A stretch of 64,000 bases of DNA. It comes from an uncultured Eubacteriales bacterium (lineage in GTDB: Bacteria > Bacillota_I > Bacilli_A > RF39 > UBA660). The stretch covers positions 78,181 to 142,180 of the forward strand of contig CAJJKI010000002.1 in NCBI GenBank assembly GCA_905188025.1. The letters run 5' to 3'. Positions 29,589 to 39,527 of this stretch are shown here, in pieces. Made by a program: the position numbers and the translations under genes. The notes beneath the pieces were generated by a model that had not been told where the DNA came from, ran no database searches, and saw only the letters and a program-made list of their open reading frames with translations. Each line of letters opens with the position of its first letter. Within the stretch, counting starts at the first letter, position 1.

Positions 29589-30155
29589 ATGAGAGTAGGT
29601 ATATATGTAGGTAGTTTTGATCCGGTACATAAAGGTCATAAGATGGTAGTTGATTATTTACTTAATAATGATTATGTTGACAAGGTTTTAGTGATACCTA
29701 CTGGTGCTTATTGGGATAAGACTGGGATAATTCCTGTTAATTATAGAATAGATATGTGGAACTATTATAAGAGTGATAGGATTGTTGTTGATAAGAGATA
29801 TAATGATATAGAGTATACATATATGATTTTAGATATATTAGAAAGAGAATGTGATGATGAATTATATTTAATTATTGGGGCTGATAATGTAATTAATTTT
29901 GATAAATGGAAGAATTATCAGAAGATATTAGAAAGAAAAATATTAGTTATTCCTAGAGAGAATATAGAGATGGATAAATATTTTAGTAGATATGAGAAGA
30001 AAGATAATTTTATAATAGTAGAGGGGTTTAAGGAAGTGGATATATCTTCGAAGGAGATTAGGGGACTACTTCATGATGGAAAGTATGATGAAGTAGAGAA
30101 GTATTTAGATAAAGAGATAATAGAATATATTAAGAAGAATGATTTGTATAGATAG
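29589..30155 (+). CDS. nadD: nicotinate-nucleotide adenylyltransferase
   Basis: GIYVGSFDPVHKGH (H/TxGH) and ISSKEIR motifs. Confidence 0.85.
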   Translation: MRVGIYVGSFDPVHKGHKMVVDYLLNNDYVDKVLVIPTGAYWDKTGIIPVNYRIDMWNYYKSDRIVVDKRYNDIEYTYMILDILERECDDELYLIIGADNVINFDKWKNYQKILERKILVIPRENIEMDKYFSRYEKKDNFIIVEGFKEVDISSKEIRGLLHDGKYDEVEKYLDKEIIEYIKKNDLYR

Positions 30156-30274
30156 ATTGTTTGAAGAAGATAGATTTTTGGGAAAATGAATACATAATAG
30201 ATACATGAATTATGGATCTATTTTTTTGCAAATGGATAATTTTATAAAAATACAAACAAATGTATGAAAATATA

Positions 30275-30303
30275 TTGACAATATAATTTTGTTATGGTAG
30301 TAT
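30275..30303 (+). promoter_or_regulatory. sigma-A-type promoter in the long nadD-uvrB spacer
   Basis: TTGACA, 17 nt spacer, TAGTAT. It lies about 415 nt upstream of the uvrB ATG. Confidence 0.4.
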
Positions 30304-30557
30304 TGGTGTAGTGGTTGTTGATAACTATAAATAAATATAAATTTATTATTGGTGATGAAAATAATAATGAAATTTTTGTAGATTATGATAAGATAGTGTA
30401 TGGTATAAAAAGAATATTAGTGTTTGATAGTTTGGATGAATTAAATAATAAGAATAATAAAATTTTATTAGAAAAAAATAATAGGGAATAGTTATTTAGA
30501 ATTGTTTAGTTTGAAAGATAGTGCGTGTTAAATTAAATACAAATACAATAATAGATC

Positions 30558-30585
30558 TTTTCAATTTATAATTTTCAATTTATAA
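30558..30585. repeat. perfect tandem duplication, 14 bp x 2
   Basis: TTTTCAATTTATAA TTTTCAATTTATAA. Confidence 0.9.
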
Positions 30586-30610
30586 AGATTTTTGCTTTTA
30601 TAGAAGAAAG

Positions 30611-30639
30611 TCAACTTGTTCTATTTTGAAACAAGTTGA
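30611..30639. promoter_or_regulatory. perfect 10-bp inverted repeat upstream of uvrB (operator or RNA hairpin)
   Basis: TCAACTTGTT, 9 nt spacer, AACAAGTTGA. No flanking T-run on either strand. Confidence 0.4.
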
Positions 30640-30718
30640 AGTATATGATATTATTTTGTAAAAAATTAAAAAGGAATGATTTATGTATAACTAGAAAAAA
30701 TGTGGGAGGTATGATGAT

Positions 30719-32671
30719 ATGTTTAACTTAGTAAGTAAATATAAACCTAGTGGTGATCAACCTAAGGCAATAGAAGAACTTGTTAAAGGAGTAAAAGAGG
30801 GGAAGAGGGATCAGGTACTTTTAGGAGCTACTGGTACTGGTAAGACTTTTACAATAGCTAATGTAATTAAAGAAGTTGATAAACCTACTTTGATACTTGC
30901 TCATAATAAGACTCTTGCTGGGCAATTATATAGTGAGTTTAAAGAATTATTTCCTGATAATGCTGTTGAATACTTTGTATCTTACTATGATTATTATCAA
31001 CCGGAAGCATATGTTCCTAGTACTGATACATATATTGAGAAAGATGCTAAGATAAATGATGAGATAGATGAACTTAGACATAAAGCTACTTCTAGTTTAT
31101 TATCGAGAAGAGACGTTATAGTAATAGCTTCTGTATCATGTATATATGGTATTGGTGAAGTTGAAGAATATAAGAAAAAGATGCTAACTATAAATAAAGG
31201 AGATATAGTTGAAAGAAATAAAATACTAGAAAAATTAGTAGAAATGTTATATGAGAGAAGTAGTTTTGATTTAAAGAGAGGAACATTTAGAGTAAGGGGA
31301 GACGTTGTAGAATTAATTCCAGCTTATGAAAGAAAGAATGGTATTATGATCGAGTTCTTTGGGGATGAAGTTGATCGTATATGTGAATTTGATACAGTTA
31401 CAGGAACAGTTCTTAAAGAGAAGAAAAGTGTTTCAATATTTCCGGCTTCTCACTTTGTAACTAGTGATGATAAATTAAAAGAAGCAGTAGATAGAATTAG
31501 AAAAGAATTAGAAGAGAGAAGACAATACTTTTTAGATAATAATAAATTAATAGAAGAACAGAGACTTAGGGAGAGAGTTAATTATGATACGGAAATGTTA
31601 CTTGAAACTGGTTTTTGTAGAGGAGTAGAAAACTATTCAAGACATTTAGCTTTGAGAGGAGAAGGAGAGACTCCAACTACTTTAATCGATTTCTTTCCTA
31701 AAGACTTTTTACTAGTAGTAGATGAATCACATGTAACACTTCCACAGGTAAGAGGAATGTATAATGGAGATAGAGCTAGAAAGATGAATCTTGTTGATTA
31801 TGGATTTAGATTACCTAGTGCACTTGATAATAGGCCTCTTAAATTTGATGAGTTTGAGAAAAAAATTAATCAGGCAATATATGTAAGTGCTACTCCTGGA
31901 GATTATGAACTTGAACTTGTTCATGATAAATATGTTGAACAAATTATTAGACCAACAGGATTACTTGATCCAATTATTGAAGTAAGGGGTAGTAAGAATC
32001 AAATAGATGATTTGGTTAAAGAGATAGATGATCGTAAGAGTAAGAATGAAAGAGTACTTATTACTACTTTAACTATTAAGATGGCTGAAGAATTGACTAG
32101 TTACTTGAAAGATATAGATATAAAGGTAGCTTATTTACATAATGAAGTAAAAACTTTACAAAGAATGAAAATTATTCGTGATTTACGTCTTGGAGTATAT
32201 GACGTGGTAGTGGGAATTAATTTACTTCGTGAAGGAATAGATATTCCGGAAGTATCACTTATTGCTATTATGGATGCGGATAAACAAGGATTCTTGAGAA
32301 GTGAAAGAAGTTTGATTCAAACAATTGGTAGGTGTGCTAGAAATGAGCATGGTAAAGTAATAATGTATGCTGATACAATTAGTGATTCAATGAGAGTAGC
32401 AATAGATGAAACGGCTAGAAGAAGAAAGATTCAAGAAGAATATAATCAAGAACATGGTATAGTACCTAAAACTATAATTAAAGAGATTAGAGAGTTAATA
32501 TCTAATGAAGATACTGAGGGTAAGAAAGAAAGAAAAGAAAAGATGAGTAAGAAAGAAAAAGTAAACTTAATAGATAAGCTTACTAAGGAGATGGAGACAG
32601 CTGCTAAGAATCTTGATTTTGAAAAGGCTATGGAACTTAGAGATATAATTTTTGAATTAGAAAGTGAATAA
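30719..32671 (+). CDS. uvrB: excinuclease ABC subunit B
   Basis: [15 protein letters not shown] and C-terminal UVR domain ([11 protein letters not shown]). Confidence 0.97.
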   Translation: MFNLVSKYKPSGDQPKAIEELVKGVKEGKRDQVLLGATGTGKTFTIANVIKEVDKPTLILAHNKTLAGQLYSEFKELFPDNAVEYFVSYYDYYQPEAYVPSTDTYIEKDAKINDEIDELRHKATSSLLSRRDVIVIASVSCIYGIGEVEEYKKKMLTINKGDIVERNKILEKLVEMLYERSSFDLKRGTFRVRGDVVELIPAYERKNGIMIEFFGDEVDRICEFDTVTGTVLKEKKSVSIFPASHFVTSDDKLKEAVDRIRKELEERRQYFLDNNKLIEEQRLRERVNYDTEMLLETGFCRGVENYSRHLALRGEGETPTTLIDFFPKDFLLVVDESHVTLPQVRGMYNGDRARKMNLVDYGFRLPSALDNRPLKFDEFEKKINQAIYVSATPGDYELELVHDKYVEQIIRPTGLLDPIIEVRGSKNQIDDLVKEIDDRKSKNERVLITTLTIKMAEELTSYLKDIDIKVAYLHNEVKTLQRMKIIRDLRLGVYDVVVGINLLREGIDIPEVSLIAIMDADKQGFLRSERSLIQTIGRCARNEHGKVIMYADTISDSMRVAIDETARRRKIQEEYNQEHGIVPKTIIKEIRELISNEDTEGKKERKEKMSKKEKVNLIDKLTKEMETAAKNLDFEKAMELRDIIFELESE

Positions 32672-32715
32672 AAGAAGAGATTTAATAACATTTGCATTAT
32701 TAAACTCTTCTTTTT
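32672..32715. terminator. bidirectional terminator between uvrB and ftsW
   Basis: AAGAAGAGATTTAATAA pairs with TTATTAAACTCTTCTT (one mismatch), followed by a T-run. Confidence 0.75.
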
Positions 32716-33805
32716 ATTTGTTATTATATTTAGAAATATTTAAGAGAATACCAATACTGGTCATAGATACTAGAAGGCTAGATCCACCATATGACAGGAA
32801 TGGAAGGGTTACTCCAGTAACAGGAATTAGGCCTACTACTACCATGAGATTTAGAATTGTTTGAAAGGCAAATGAGAATGATATACCAAATGCTAGATAT
32901 TTGGCAAAGTTATCTTCTTGTTTTAAAGCAATAGAGATACCACGATAGATAATGATTATGAATAGAGAAGATACAATGAGGACACCTGCAAAGCCTAACT
33001 CTTCACTGATTATAGAGAAGATGAAATCTGTTTGTGGTTCAGGTAGATAGAAGTGTTTTTGAATAGAGTTACCTAGTCCCATACCGAGAAGGCCTCCAGG
33101 TCCAATAGCATAAAGAGATTGTATTATTTGGAAGCCACTACCTAATGGATCAGCCCAGGGATTAATGAATGAGACAATTCTTTCTAAACGATATGGTGCA
33201 ATGATTACTAGGACTACAATACCAATGAGACCTAATACTCCAATTTTGATGAAGAAACTCATATTTACTCCGGATACAAAGAGAATAGCTATTATAGTCA
33301 TAACTAGAATTACACCAGTACCAAAGTCTGGTTGTAGCATGATTAATCCAAAGAGAAAGAAGACAATTAATAGGATTGGTAAAACTGATGATTTAATATC
33401 TTTTATTTTGTTATTAGTTAAATATTTGGAGGTAAAAATGATTAAGCCTAACTTGGCAAATTCACTTGGTTGAATACCAAAAGAGCCTATACCAAACCAA
33501 CTTCTTGATCCGTTTCTGATAGTACCAATACCTGGTATTAATACTAGTACTAAAAGAACAGTACATATTAAGAGAATAAGATTACTGTATTTATAATATA
33601 TTTGATAGTTTATTTTTGATATGATAGAGATGATTATATATCCTAGAAATAAGAAGATAGCTTGTGATTTTAAATATTTATAGGGATCATTAAATTTATA
33701 ATTTGCCCATATATTAGAAGAAGAATATATCATTAAAAGGCCAAATAATGATAAGATAATGACGGTTATTAATAAAGATTTATCTATTTTTTTCATAAGT
33801 ATCAT
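32714..33805 (-). CDS. ftsW: SEDS-family peptidoglycan polymerase (FtsW/RodA/SpoVE)
   Basis: About 10 TM segments. QPSEFAK, PDFGT and GVTLPFLSYGGSS motifs. Confidence 0.92.
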   Translation of the reverse strand: MILMKKIDKSLLITVIILSLFGLLMIYSSSNIWANYKFNDPYKYLKSQAIFLFLGYIIISIISKINYQIYYKYSNLILLICTVLLVLVLIPGIGTIRNGSRSWFGIGSFGIQPSEFAKLGLIIFTSKYLTNNKIKDIKSSVLPILLIVFFLFGLIMLQPDFGTGVILVMTIIAILFVSGVNMSFFIKIGVLGLIGIVVLVIIAPYRLERIVSFINPWADPLGSGFQIIQSLYAIGPGGLLGMGLGNSIQKHFYLPEPQTDFIFSIISEELGFAGVLIVSSLFIIIIYRGISIALKQEDNFAKYLAFGISFSFAFQTILNLMVVVGLIPVTGVTLPFLSYGGSSLLVSMTSIGILLNISKYNNK

Positions 33806-33857
33806 CCTTATTAAAATATATGTTTATGAATAATAAAAAAACACATCAAATGATGTG

Positions 33858-34850
33858 TTATAACCATACTCCATATATTAGGGCTAATAGACATAGAATG
33901 AATCCTGCTATCCAAAATAGTTTAACGATATCTGATTCACGCCATCCTAATCTTTCAAAGTGGTGATGGATAGGGGTCATTAGGAATACTTTCTTTTTTA
34001 ATAGTACTACGGAAGTGATTTGGATAATTACGGATAATGTTTCTATTACAAATATTCCACCAATAACTGCTAAAGAAAATTCGTGGTTAGTAAGAATAGC
34101 AATGGTAGCTAGAGTAGCTCCGAGAGTTAAACTTCCAGTATCTCCCATAAATACTTTAGCGGGATTAGTGTTATATACGAGGAATCCCATGATGGAACCT
34201 ACGAGGATGAAACAAAAGATACCCATATCTTGATAACCTTCTATCCAGTAGCTGCCCCAAGCAATTAGACCAAAAGCAAGAAAGGCAATAGCGGATAAGC
34301 CACCTGCTAGACCATCTAAGCCATCAGTTAGATTTACAGCATTGGATGAACCTACTAATAATAGTAAGATGAATACTCCATAGAACCAGTCTAGATTCCA
34401 TTTAATATGAAGTAATGTTATTTCTAAAACTGAAGTAGCATTAGTGTATTTACGATATAGAATGTAAAAAATTAATGCAACGATGAATTGTAGAAATAAT
34501 TTTTGTATTTGAGTTAAACCTTTATTACGATTTTGTTTGATACTTAAATAATCATCAAGGAAACCAATTAAACTATAAGATATAAAGACAAACATAACAA
34601 TTAATAAGTTAACAGAAAAGTTTAGTTTGTTAGTTGCTATTAAGATAATTACAGTAATAATGGTAGGAATAATAAATATTAAGCCTCCCATAGTTGGAGT
34701 TCCTGATTTTCTTTGATGGGCTTCTACATATACATTAATTCTTTGACCTGCTTTTATTTTCTTTAGGATAGGTATTAAGATTAGGCCAAACGCTGTTGAT
34801 AAGAGAAAGCCAATCATTAAAGCAAATAATGATTTTGTTAAAGTTAGCAT
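33858..34850 (-). CDS. mraY: phospho-N-acetylmuramoyl-pentapeptide transferase
   Basis: GTPTMGG, NAVNLTDGLDGLA, GDTGSL and PIHHHFE motifs. Confidence 0.95.
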   Translation of the reverse strand: MLTLTKSLFALMIGFLLSTAFGLILIPILKKIKAGQRINVYVEAHQRKSGTPTMGGLIFIIPTIITVIILIATNKLNFSVNLLIVMFVFISYSLIGFLDDYLSIKQNRNKGLTQIQKLFLQFIVALIFYILYRKYTNATSVLEITLLHIKWNLDWFYGVFILLLLVGSSNAVNLTDGLDGLAGGLSAIAFLAFGLIAWGSYWIEGYQDMGIFCFILVGSIMGFLVYNTNPAKVFMGDTGSLTLGATLATIAILTNHEFSLAVIGGIFVIETLSVIIQITSVVLLKKKVFLMTPIHHHFERLGWRESDIVKLFWIAGFILCLLALIYGVWL

Positions 34851-34930
34851 AATTCACTTCCTTTTCATAGATTATTATATCATAAAAACTATTATAATAT
34901 TTAAAATTATAAAGACTTTACACGTTGTTG

Positions 34931-35959
34931 TCAATCTCCTAGGAGAACTTTGATGGTTGAATTTATAGGGATAATGGTATTTGGACTTGGTGATATGGCT
35001 TTTATGATGGTACCAGTACCGGCATAGTTTACAGTAAAGCTTTTTAGTTCTTTTTTAGCGCTGTCAAGTGGCATGTTAATAACGTTAGGGACAGTAGCAT
35101 ATTTAGTGTCATACCAATTATAAGTTTTTTCTAGGGTGTAATCTGACTTTGGTATTTGTAATTTATCAATGATATCTATCATGATATTTTTAGCGATAGG
35201 GGCTGAGATAGTTCCTCCATATTGGGTTACGCCTTTAGGATTATCTACGGCTACATATACGACGGCTTGGGGGTTATCGGCAGGGAGAAATCCAATGAAT
35301 GATAGGATATAGTTGCCTGATAGATAATGGCCATCTTTTACTTTTTGAGCAGTACCAGTTTTTCCTCCAACACGATATCCTTCGATATAAGCATTTCTTC
35401 CAGTACCATAGGCTACAACGGTTTCTAGGGTCATACGGACAGTTTGGCTGCTTTCATTTGAGATGACTTTTCTAACTATTTGTGGTTTATTTTCTTTGAT
35501 TATTTCATTGGTATTTGGTTCGATGATTCTTTTTACGACATATGGCTTATATAAAGTTCCTCCATTAATGGCAGCGGATACGGCAGTGATTTGTTGTATT
35601 GCGCTAACACTTATTCCTTGACCAAAAGCAGTAGTGGCTAGTTCTACAGGGCCAACATTTTTTAGATTAAAGAGAATACCTGATGATTCACCATTTAGAT
35701 CGATACCAGTTTTTTTACCAAAACCAAAGTTATTGATATATTTGAATAATCTTTCTTTACCTAATTTATTACCTAATGATACAAAGCCTGGGTTGCAAGA
35801 GTTTTGGACTACTTGTAAATATGTTTGGGTACCATGCCCTCCGTGACGCCAACATTTGATACGAGCTCCATCTACGTTGATACTACCACTATCATGGAAG
35901 GTATCATTTAATAAATCAACAGTTTTTTCTTCAACAGATGAAGCTAGGGTGATTATTTT
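34931..35959 (-). pseudogene. class B penicillin-binding protein (SpoVD/FtsI-like), C-terminal segment of a split gene
   Basis: Uninterrupted open frame of 342 codons with no start codon. It begins K-IITLASSVEEK and contains QNSCNPGF (SxN), GGKTGTAQ (KTG) and a C-terminal PASTA-like domain. The ORF track shows only its last 167 aa, from an internal Met. Confidence 0.9.
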
Positions 35960-35971
35960 GAAAATAACCTC
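35946..35971. other. left element/host junction (attL-type site)
   Basis: AGGGTGATTATT-TT-GAAAATAACCTC. Host PBP sequence matches up to 35959. The arms share a GGT.ATT core as an imperfect dyad. Confidence 0.7.
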
Positions 35972-35994
35972 CGAAAACGATACCTAAATAAAGT

Positions 35995-36025
35995 AAAAAA
36001 GACTAGATTACCATATAACCTAGTC
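35995..36025 (-). terminator. weak intrinsic terminator after the recombinase gene
   Basis: On the minus strand, GACTAG-13 nt-CTAGTC followed by TTTTTT. The stem overlaps the recombinase stop codon. Confidence 0.45.
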
Positions 36026-37750
36026 AATGTCACAACTTAAGTATATATTAATTTTAAAACTATTTCTTTGGAAATCAGATCTTCCTAGATCTAATGTTTC
36101 AACTTCTTTACTAAATATTGGCGAGTATTTATCATCATCTATATGTCTAGCACATTTTCCAGTAGGAATTGGTTTTTTCAATAAATTCAGATAAATTTTT
36201 AACATTAATTTATGTCTATCATTGTCCTCCTTATAGACTATAATTTCCTCCAAAAACTTATCTACAAATTCACTAACATTATTTTTATAATCAACTTGCT
36301 TTTTAATAGCATCTTCAATAATATTGATATTACCAAAACTATCAGACATAATCTTTCTTTCTTGTTCTATTTTTCCAATCCTTATATTTAAAGATGATAT
36401 ATCTTCATTATATTTATCATTTCTTTCTTTAAATTCTAGATTATTAATACTACCATCAATATTCAATTCTAATAACTTTTCTTTTTTTGTTTCAATAGTT
36501 TTGATTTCTTTTTTTAATTTTGAAATTTCAAATTGATAATTGTTATCTTTTTTTAAATTAGAATAATAATCTAACATTTCTTTTATAATTTCATTTTTAT
36601 TATTAAATACTTGTTCCATAATAATTACAAAAATATTATTCAAGTCCATTTCTGCAATTATTGGACTTTCACAAGCATCTAGTCTATATTTTACATAATT
36701 ACCACAAGCCCATCTAGGCTTCGTTTGTTTTCTTTTGCTTGACATTCTCTGGTAAGAAACATTGTGTTCACTACAAAATATTTTTGTGGTATAACAATAT
36801 TTTCTTTCGGCTCTTTTGGCATTGCCATTACTTGCTTTCATTAGTGTACTTCTGCTATCTAATATCTCATTTACACGATTCCATAATTCTTCACTAATTA
36901 TGGCTGGTATTGATTCATCTTTATATATTACTTGTTCTTCTATTGGTATATAAACTCTTTGTTTAGTTCTGTAATCAATAATTTCAGTAGTATGTCCACG
37001 ATAAAAACCTTTATATTTAGGATTCTGTATAATTCTTTTTAATGTATCCTTATCATAAATATTTCCTTTATAATTATTTATACCTTGCCTGTGTAATTCC
37101 ATTGCTAATTTATAAAACCCATATTTACCAGTAGCATATAATTCAAAAATTTTTCTTATTTTTTTTGCTTCTTCTTCTACAATTACTAATTTAGCATCAT
37201 CTTTTTTATAACCAGTAATTATATTAGAACCTAAAACTCTACCTTTTTTTATTGCTTCTTTGTGTCCCCATTTAACACGAGAAGAAAGTCTTTTGACTTC
37301 TTCTTGAGCAACACTTCCCATCATATTAAGTATAAATTCAGAGTTAGGATCATAAGTATTTATTCCATTTGATTGAAAATATACACCAACATCATTAGCA
37401 AGTAATTCTTGTGTATATTTGATACTATCAGATAAATTTCTAGAAAATCTAGAAACTTCTTTTGTAACTATTAAATCAAAATAGCCAGATTTAGCATCAT
37501 CAATCATTTGTAAAAATTTTTTTCTTCGTTTAACAGTGCTACCACTAATACCTTCATCTATGTAACCATTAACATAAGTCCAATTTTTATTTGACTTTAT
37601 AAAATTTTCAAAAAAAGATATTTGATTATCTAAAGAGTTTAATTGTTCATCACTTTCAGTAGAAACACGGGCATAAAAAGTAACTCTTAAAGGTAGTTCG
37701 GCAATATTTTTGCCTTTTAAGATTTCTTCTCTGACTTTATAGAATCTCAT
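36020..37750 (-). CDS. large serine recombinase (SpoIVCA/CisA/TndX class)
   Basis: Resolvase catalytic domain (VTFYARVSTESDEQ..SLDNQ, TKEVSRFSRN), a recombinase domain, a Cys-containing zinc-ribbon-like region (CSEHNV...WACGNY) and a long coiled-coil. GGAGGTAG SD. Confidence 0.95.
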   Translation of the reverse strand: MRFYKVREEILKGKNIAELPLRVTFYARVSTESDEQLNSLDNQISFFENFIKSNKNWTYVNGYIDEGISGSTVKRRKKFLQMIDDAKSGYFDLIVTKEVSRFSRNLSDSIKYTQELLANDVGVYFQSNGINTYDPNSEFILNMMGSVAQEEVKRLSSRVKWGHKEAIKKGRVLGSNIITGYKKDDAKLVIVEEEAKKIRKIFELYATGKYGFYKLAMELHRQGINNYKGNIYDKDTLKRIIQNPKYKGFYRGHTTEIIDYRTKQRVYIPIEEQVIYKDESIPAIISEELWNRVNEILDSRSTLMKASNGNAKRAERKYCYTTKIFCSEHNVSYQRMSSKRKQTKPRWACGNYVKYRLDACESPIIAEMDLNNIFVIIMEQVFNNKNEIIKEMLDYYSNLKKDNNYQFEISKLKKEIKTIETKKEKLLELNIDGSINNLEFKERNDKYNEDISSLNIRIGKIEQERKIMSDSFGNINIIEDAIKKQVDYKNNVSEFVDKFLEEIIVYKEDNDRHKLMLKIYLNLLKKPIPTGKCARHIDDDKYSPIFSKEVETLDLGRSDFQRNSFKINIYLSCDID

Positions 37751-37761
37751 AATCTACCTCC

Positions 37762-37920
37762 TTAGCAACTTTTTACCTCTTTACTACAACGATTAATTTT
37801 CTCATAAATAATTTTACAAACTTCATCATATTGTTGTTCAGTTATTACACCTTGATCATATAATTTTTTATTTATTATCAATTCATATTCAAGGATTGTT
37901 ATTCTTGGAGTTTCAAACAT
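37762..37920 (-). CDS. small SHOCT-like protein (52 aa, not in the ORF track); candidate recombinase accessory or directionality factor
   Basis: Strong GGAGGTG SD precedes the ATG at 37920. LYDQGVITEQQYDEV resembles the SHOCT motif. The gene ends 11 nt before the recombinase ATG. Confidence 0.5.
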   Translation of the reverse strand: MFETPRITILEYELIINKKLYDQGVITEQQYDEVCKIIYEKINRCSKEVKSC

Positions 37921-37948
37921 ATAAAAACACCTCCACTAATGGAAGTGT
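37921..37948 (-). terminator. hairpin plus U-run between the cargo operon and the small ORF; its 3' arm contains the small ORF's SD
   Basis: On the minus strand, ACACTTCCA-TTAG-TGGAGGTGT followed by TTTTTAT-ATG. Confidence 0.45.
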
Positions 37949-38007
37949 ATGATTTTAAGATAAATCTAATTACTGATTGTATTTTATTTGACATTTTTAT
38001 TTAATAT

Positions 38008-38394
38008 TTAAAAATATGTTTTTTTTAATTTTTTTGACATTTTTTCATCATCAATTGAATGTATTGAATGATTTCCTAATTTACAGAAATTTCTTACTTC
38101 TTGTTTGATTTTTCTTACTTTGTTTTCTGTTGAAAAAACATAAAAAAGTTTCACAAAATTAATTTTACTATTAAAACAAGAATTCATTTTATATTTTATT
38201 CCTTCCCAATCATTATTGGCATTACCAATCCATGACTCTCCTTGATATAAAGTATAGATTAATCTAAATTTTTCTTTTTCGTCTAATTCTTTTTGCTTTT
38301 CATCAATAACTATTAAATTGTTTTTTATTAAATTTTCTATGAATTCCCAATTATCAAAACAAACTGGAAATAAAACCAACATATAATGTTGCAT
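38008..38394 (-). CDS. nucleoside-diphosphate-kinase-like fold protein (tentative)
   Basis: The C-terminus KLGNHSIHSIDDEKMSKKLKKTYF parallels NDK's [22 protein letters not shown], including the catalytic-His position. The N-terminus VLFPVCFDNWEFIENLIKNN parallels IMIKPDGV...I..F. The start is uncertain (ATG 38394 or TTG 38418). Confidence 0.4.
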   Translation of the reverse strand: MQHYMLVLFPVCFDNWEFIENLIKNNLIVIDEKQKELDEKEKFRLIYTLYQGESWIGNANNDWEGIKYKMNSCFNSKINFVKLFYVFSTENKVRKIKQEVRNFCKLGNHSIHSIDDEKMSKKLKKTYF

Positions 38395-38401
38395 ATTGTT
38401 A

Positions 38402-38920
38402 CTATTGTATAATCTCAATTATTTCAGCTGGAGATATACGTTCGACTCCAGTTATTGATTGAATTGCCATTTGATGAAAAACAAAAATAATACATTCATA
38501 ATTGCTATATTTCTTAATTACTCCTTGAATTCTTTTTTTCAAATGTTCTTTTGATTCCCAGTTTACTATTCTATCAACTGGTGGAATACCATTATTTTTA
38601 ATATAATCTTTATAATATTCTTTCATTTCTTTAGCCTTATATTGATATGTATTATCAGGTTCCCACTCTCTCAAATCAGGTTCTATTTTTATATCTAATC
38701 CTGTTTCTTTTGATATAATTGCAGCTGTTTGCAATGCCCTAGTATATGGTGAAGACACAATAAGTGTTGCTTCTTTTAAACGTGGATCTTTAGATGTCTT
38801 TATTACATCTTCAATGTACTCTTCATCTAATTTAGCCAAATCATGTCCATGTCCAATGAAATTATGGAAATCACCATAACTATAGTCTGCTTTACCATGT
38901 CGTATCATAAAAATTTTCAT
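38402..38920 (-). CDS. histidine phosphatase (phosphoglycerate-mutase-like) family protein
   Basis: MIRHGKADYS (RHG), SSPYTRALQTAAI and a distal FHQ His. AAGGAGA SD. Confidence 0.85.
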   Translation of the reverse strand: MKIFMIRHGKADYSYGDFHNFIGHGHDLAKLDEEYIEDVIKTSKDPRLKEATLIVSSPYTRALQTAAIISKETGLDIKIEPDLREWEPDNTYQYKAKEMKEYYKDYIKNNGIPPVDRIVNWESKEHLKKRIQGVIKKYSNYECIIFVFHQMAIQSITGVERISPAEIIEIIQ

Positions 38921-38924
38921 ATAT

Positions 38925-39518
38925 TCATCTCCTTAATTTTAATAGTTTGCATATATGCTCGCTAGCATACTCTTTATTTTTTCCAGTTGTGTCAATAAAC
39001 TCTTTTTTTGATTCTAATGTCATTATATCATAAAATTCGTTTTGATAAAATTCAAAATCATTTTTAATCCATTTACTTTGTAAAATTTTGTTTCTGCTTA
39101 GATTTCTTTTTAACTTTTCACTTGGATCTGCTGTTAAAATAAATGTTACATCCGGTTTAATATACCACGTTTGATCTATCATTTCTCTATATATTCTAAG
39201 TGCATTATCATAGCCGTTGTATTTATCTAATTTTAAAAAGGCATAGGAAACCGCCAAAATTGAAAGATAACTTCTTTCCATAAATACTATTTTATCATGT
39301 TTCAAAAATGATGATGCTAATATCATTCTCTCTTTCTCTATTTCGAAGAAAATTTGTTGATTTTTTAGTTCTTCTTCTATGTTCTTTGATGGTTTTGGTG
39401 ACAGTGGATGATCCATAAATTCCTCAATTATTTCGACATTAGGAATTTCATTCAAAATTTTTGATGTAGTAGTCTTGCCAGAATTAGATGTTCCCTCTAT
39501 CACATATAAATTTTTCAT
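38925..39518 (-). CDS. P-loop kinase, deoxynucleoside/nucleoside-monophosphate kinase-like
   Basis: IEGTSNSGKTTT Walker A, an ERSYLS..AVSYAF (DRS-like) segment, and a LID-like R/K-rich region KLKRNLSRNK. Confidence 0.6.
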   Translation of the reverse strand: MKNLYVIEGTSNSGKTTTSKILNEIPNVEIIEEFMDHPLSPKPSKNIEEELKNQQIFFEIEKERMILASSFLKHDKIVFMERSYLSILAVSYAFLKLDKYNGYDNALRIYREMIDQTWYIKPDVTFILTADPSEKLKRNLSRNKILQSKWIKNDFEFYQNEFYDIMTLESKKEFIDTTGKNKEYASEHICKLLKLRR

Positions 39519-39527
39519 TATATATCA

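Noticed and set aside
30315-30491. Possible ~58-codon small ORF (TTG start; ...KFIIGDENNNEIFVDYDKIVYGIKRILVFDSLDEL...) in the nadD-uvrB spacer.
   Set aside because: It has no in-frame ATG and no SD, and the start would lie within a few nt of the predicted transcription start. The evidence for coding is insufficient.
30611-30639. LexA (Cheo) box upstream of uvrB.
   Set aside because: The palindrome TCAACTTGTT/AACAAGTTGA does not fit GAAC-N4-GTTC. It is kept only as an unexplained inverted repeat.
1767-32671. mutS without an adjacent mutL, uvrB without an adjacent uvrA, and cdsA-rseP without uppS or dxr.
   Set aside because: These are gene-order differences from Bacillus. The partner genes may simply be elsewhere in the genome, and this cannot be evaluated from one window.
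35634-35846. 70-aa plus-strand ORF.
   Set aside because: It lies antisense to the intact C-terminal half of the split PBP gene. The minus-strand frame there translates into conserved transpeptidase sequence (SCN motif region).
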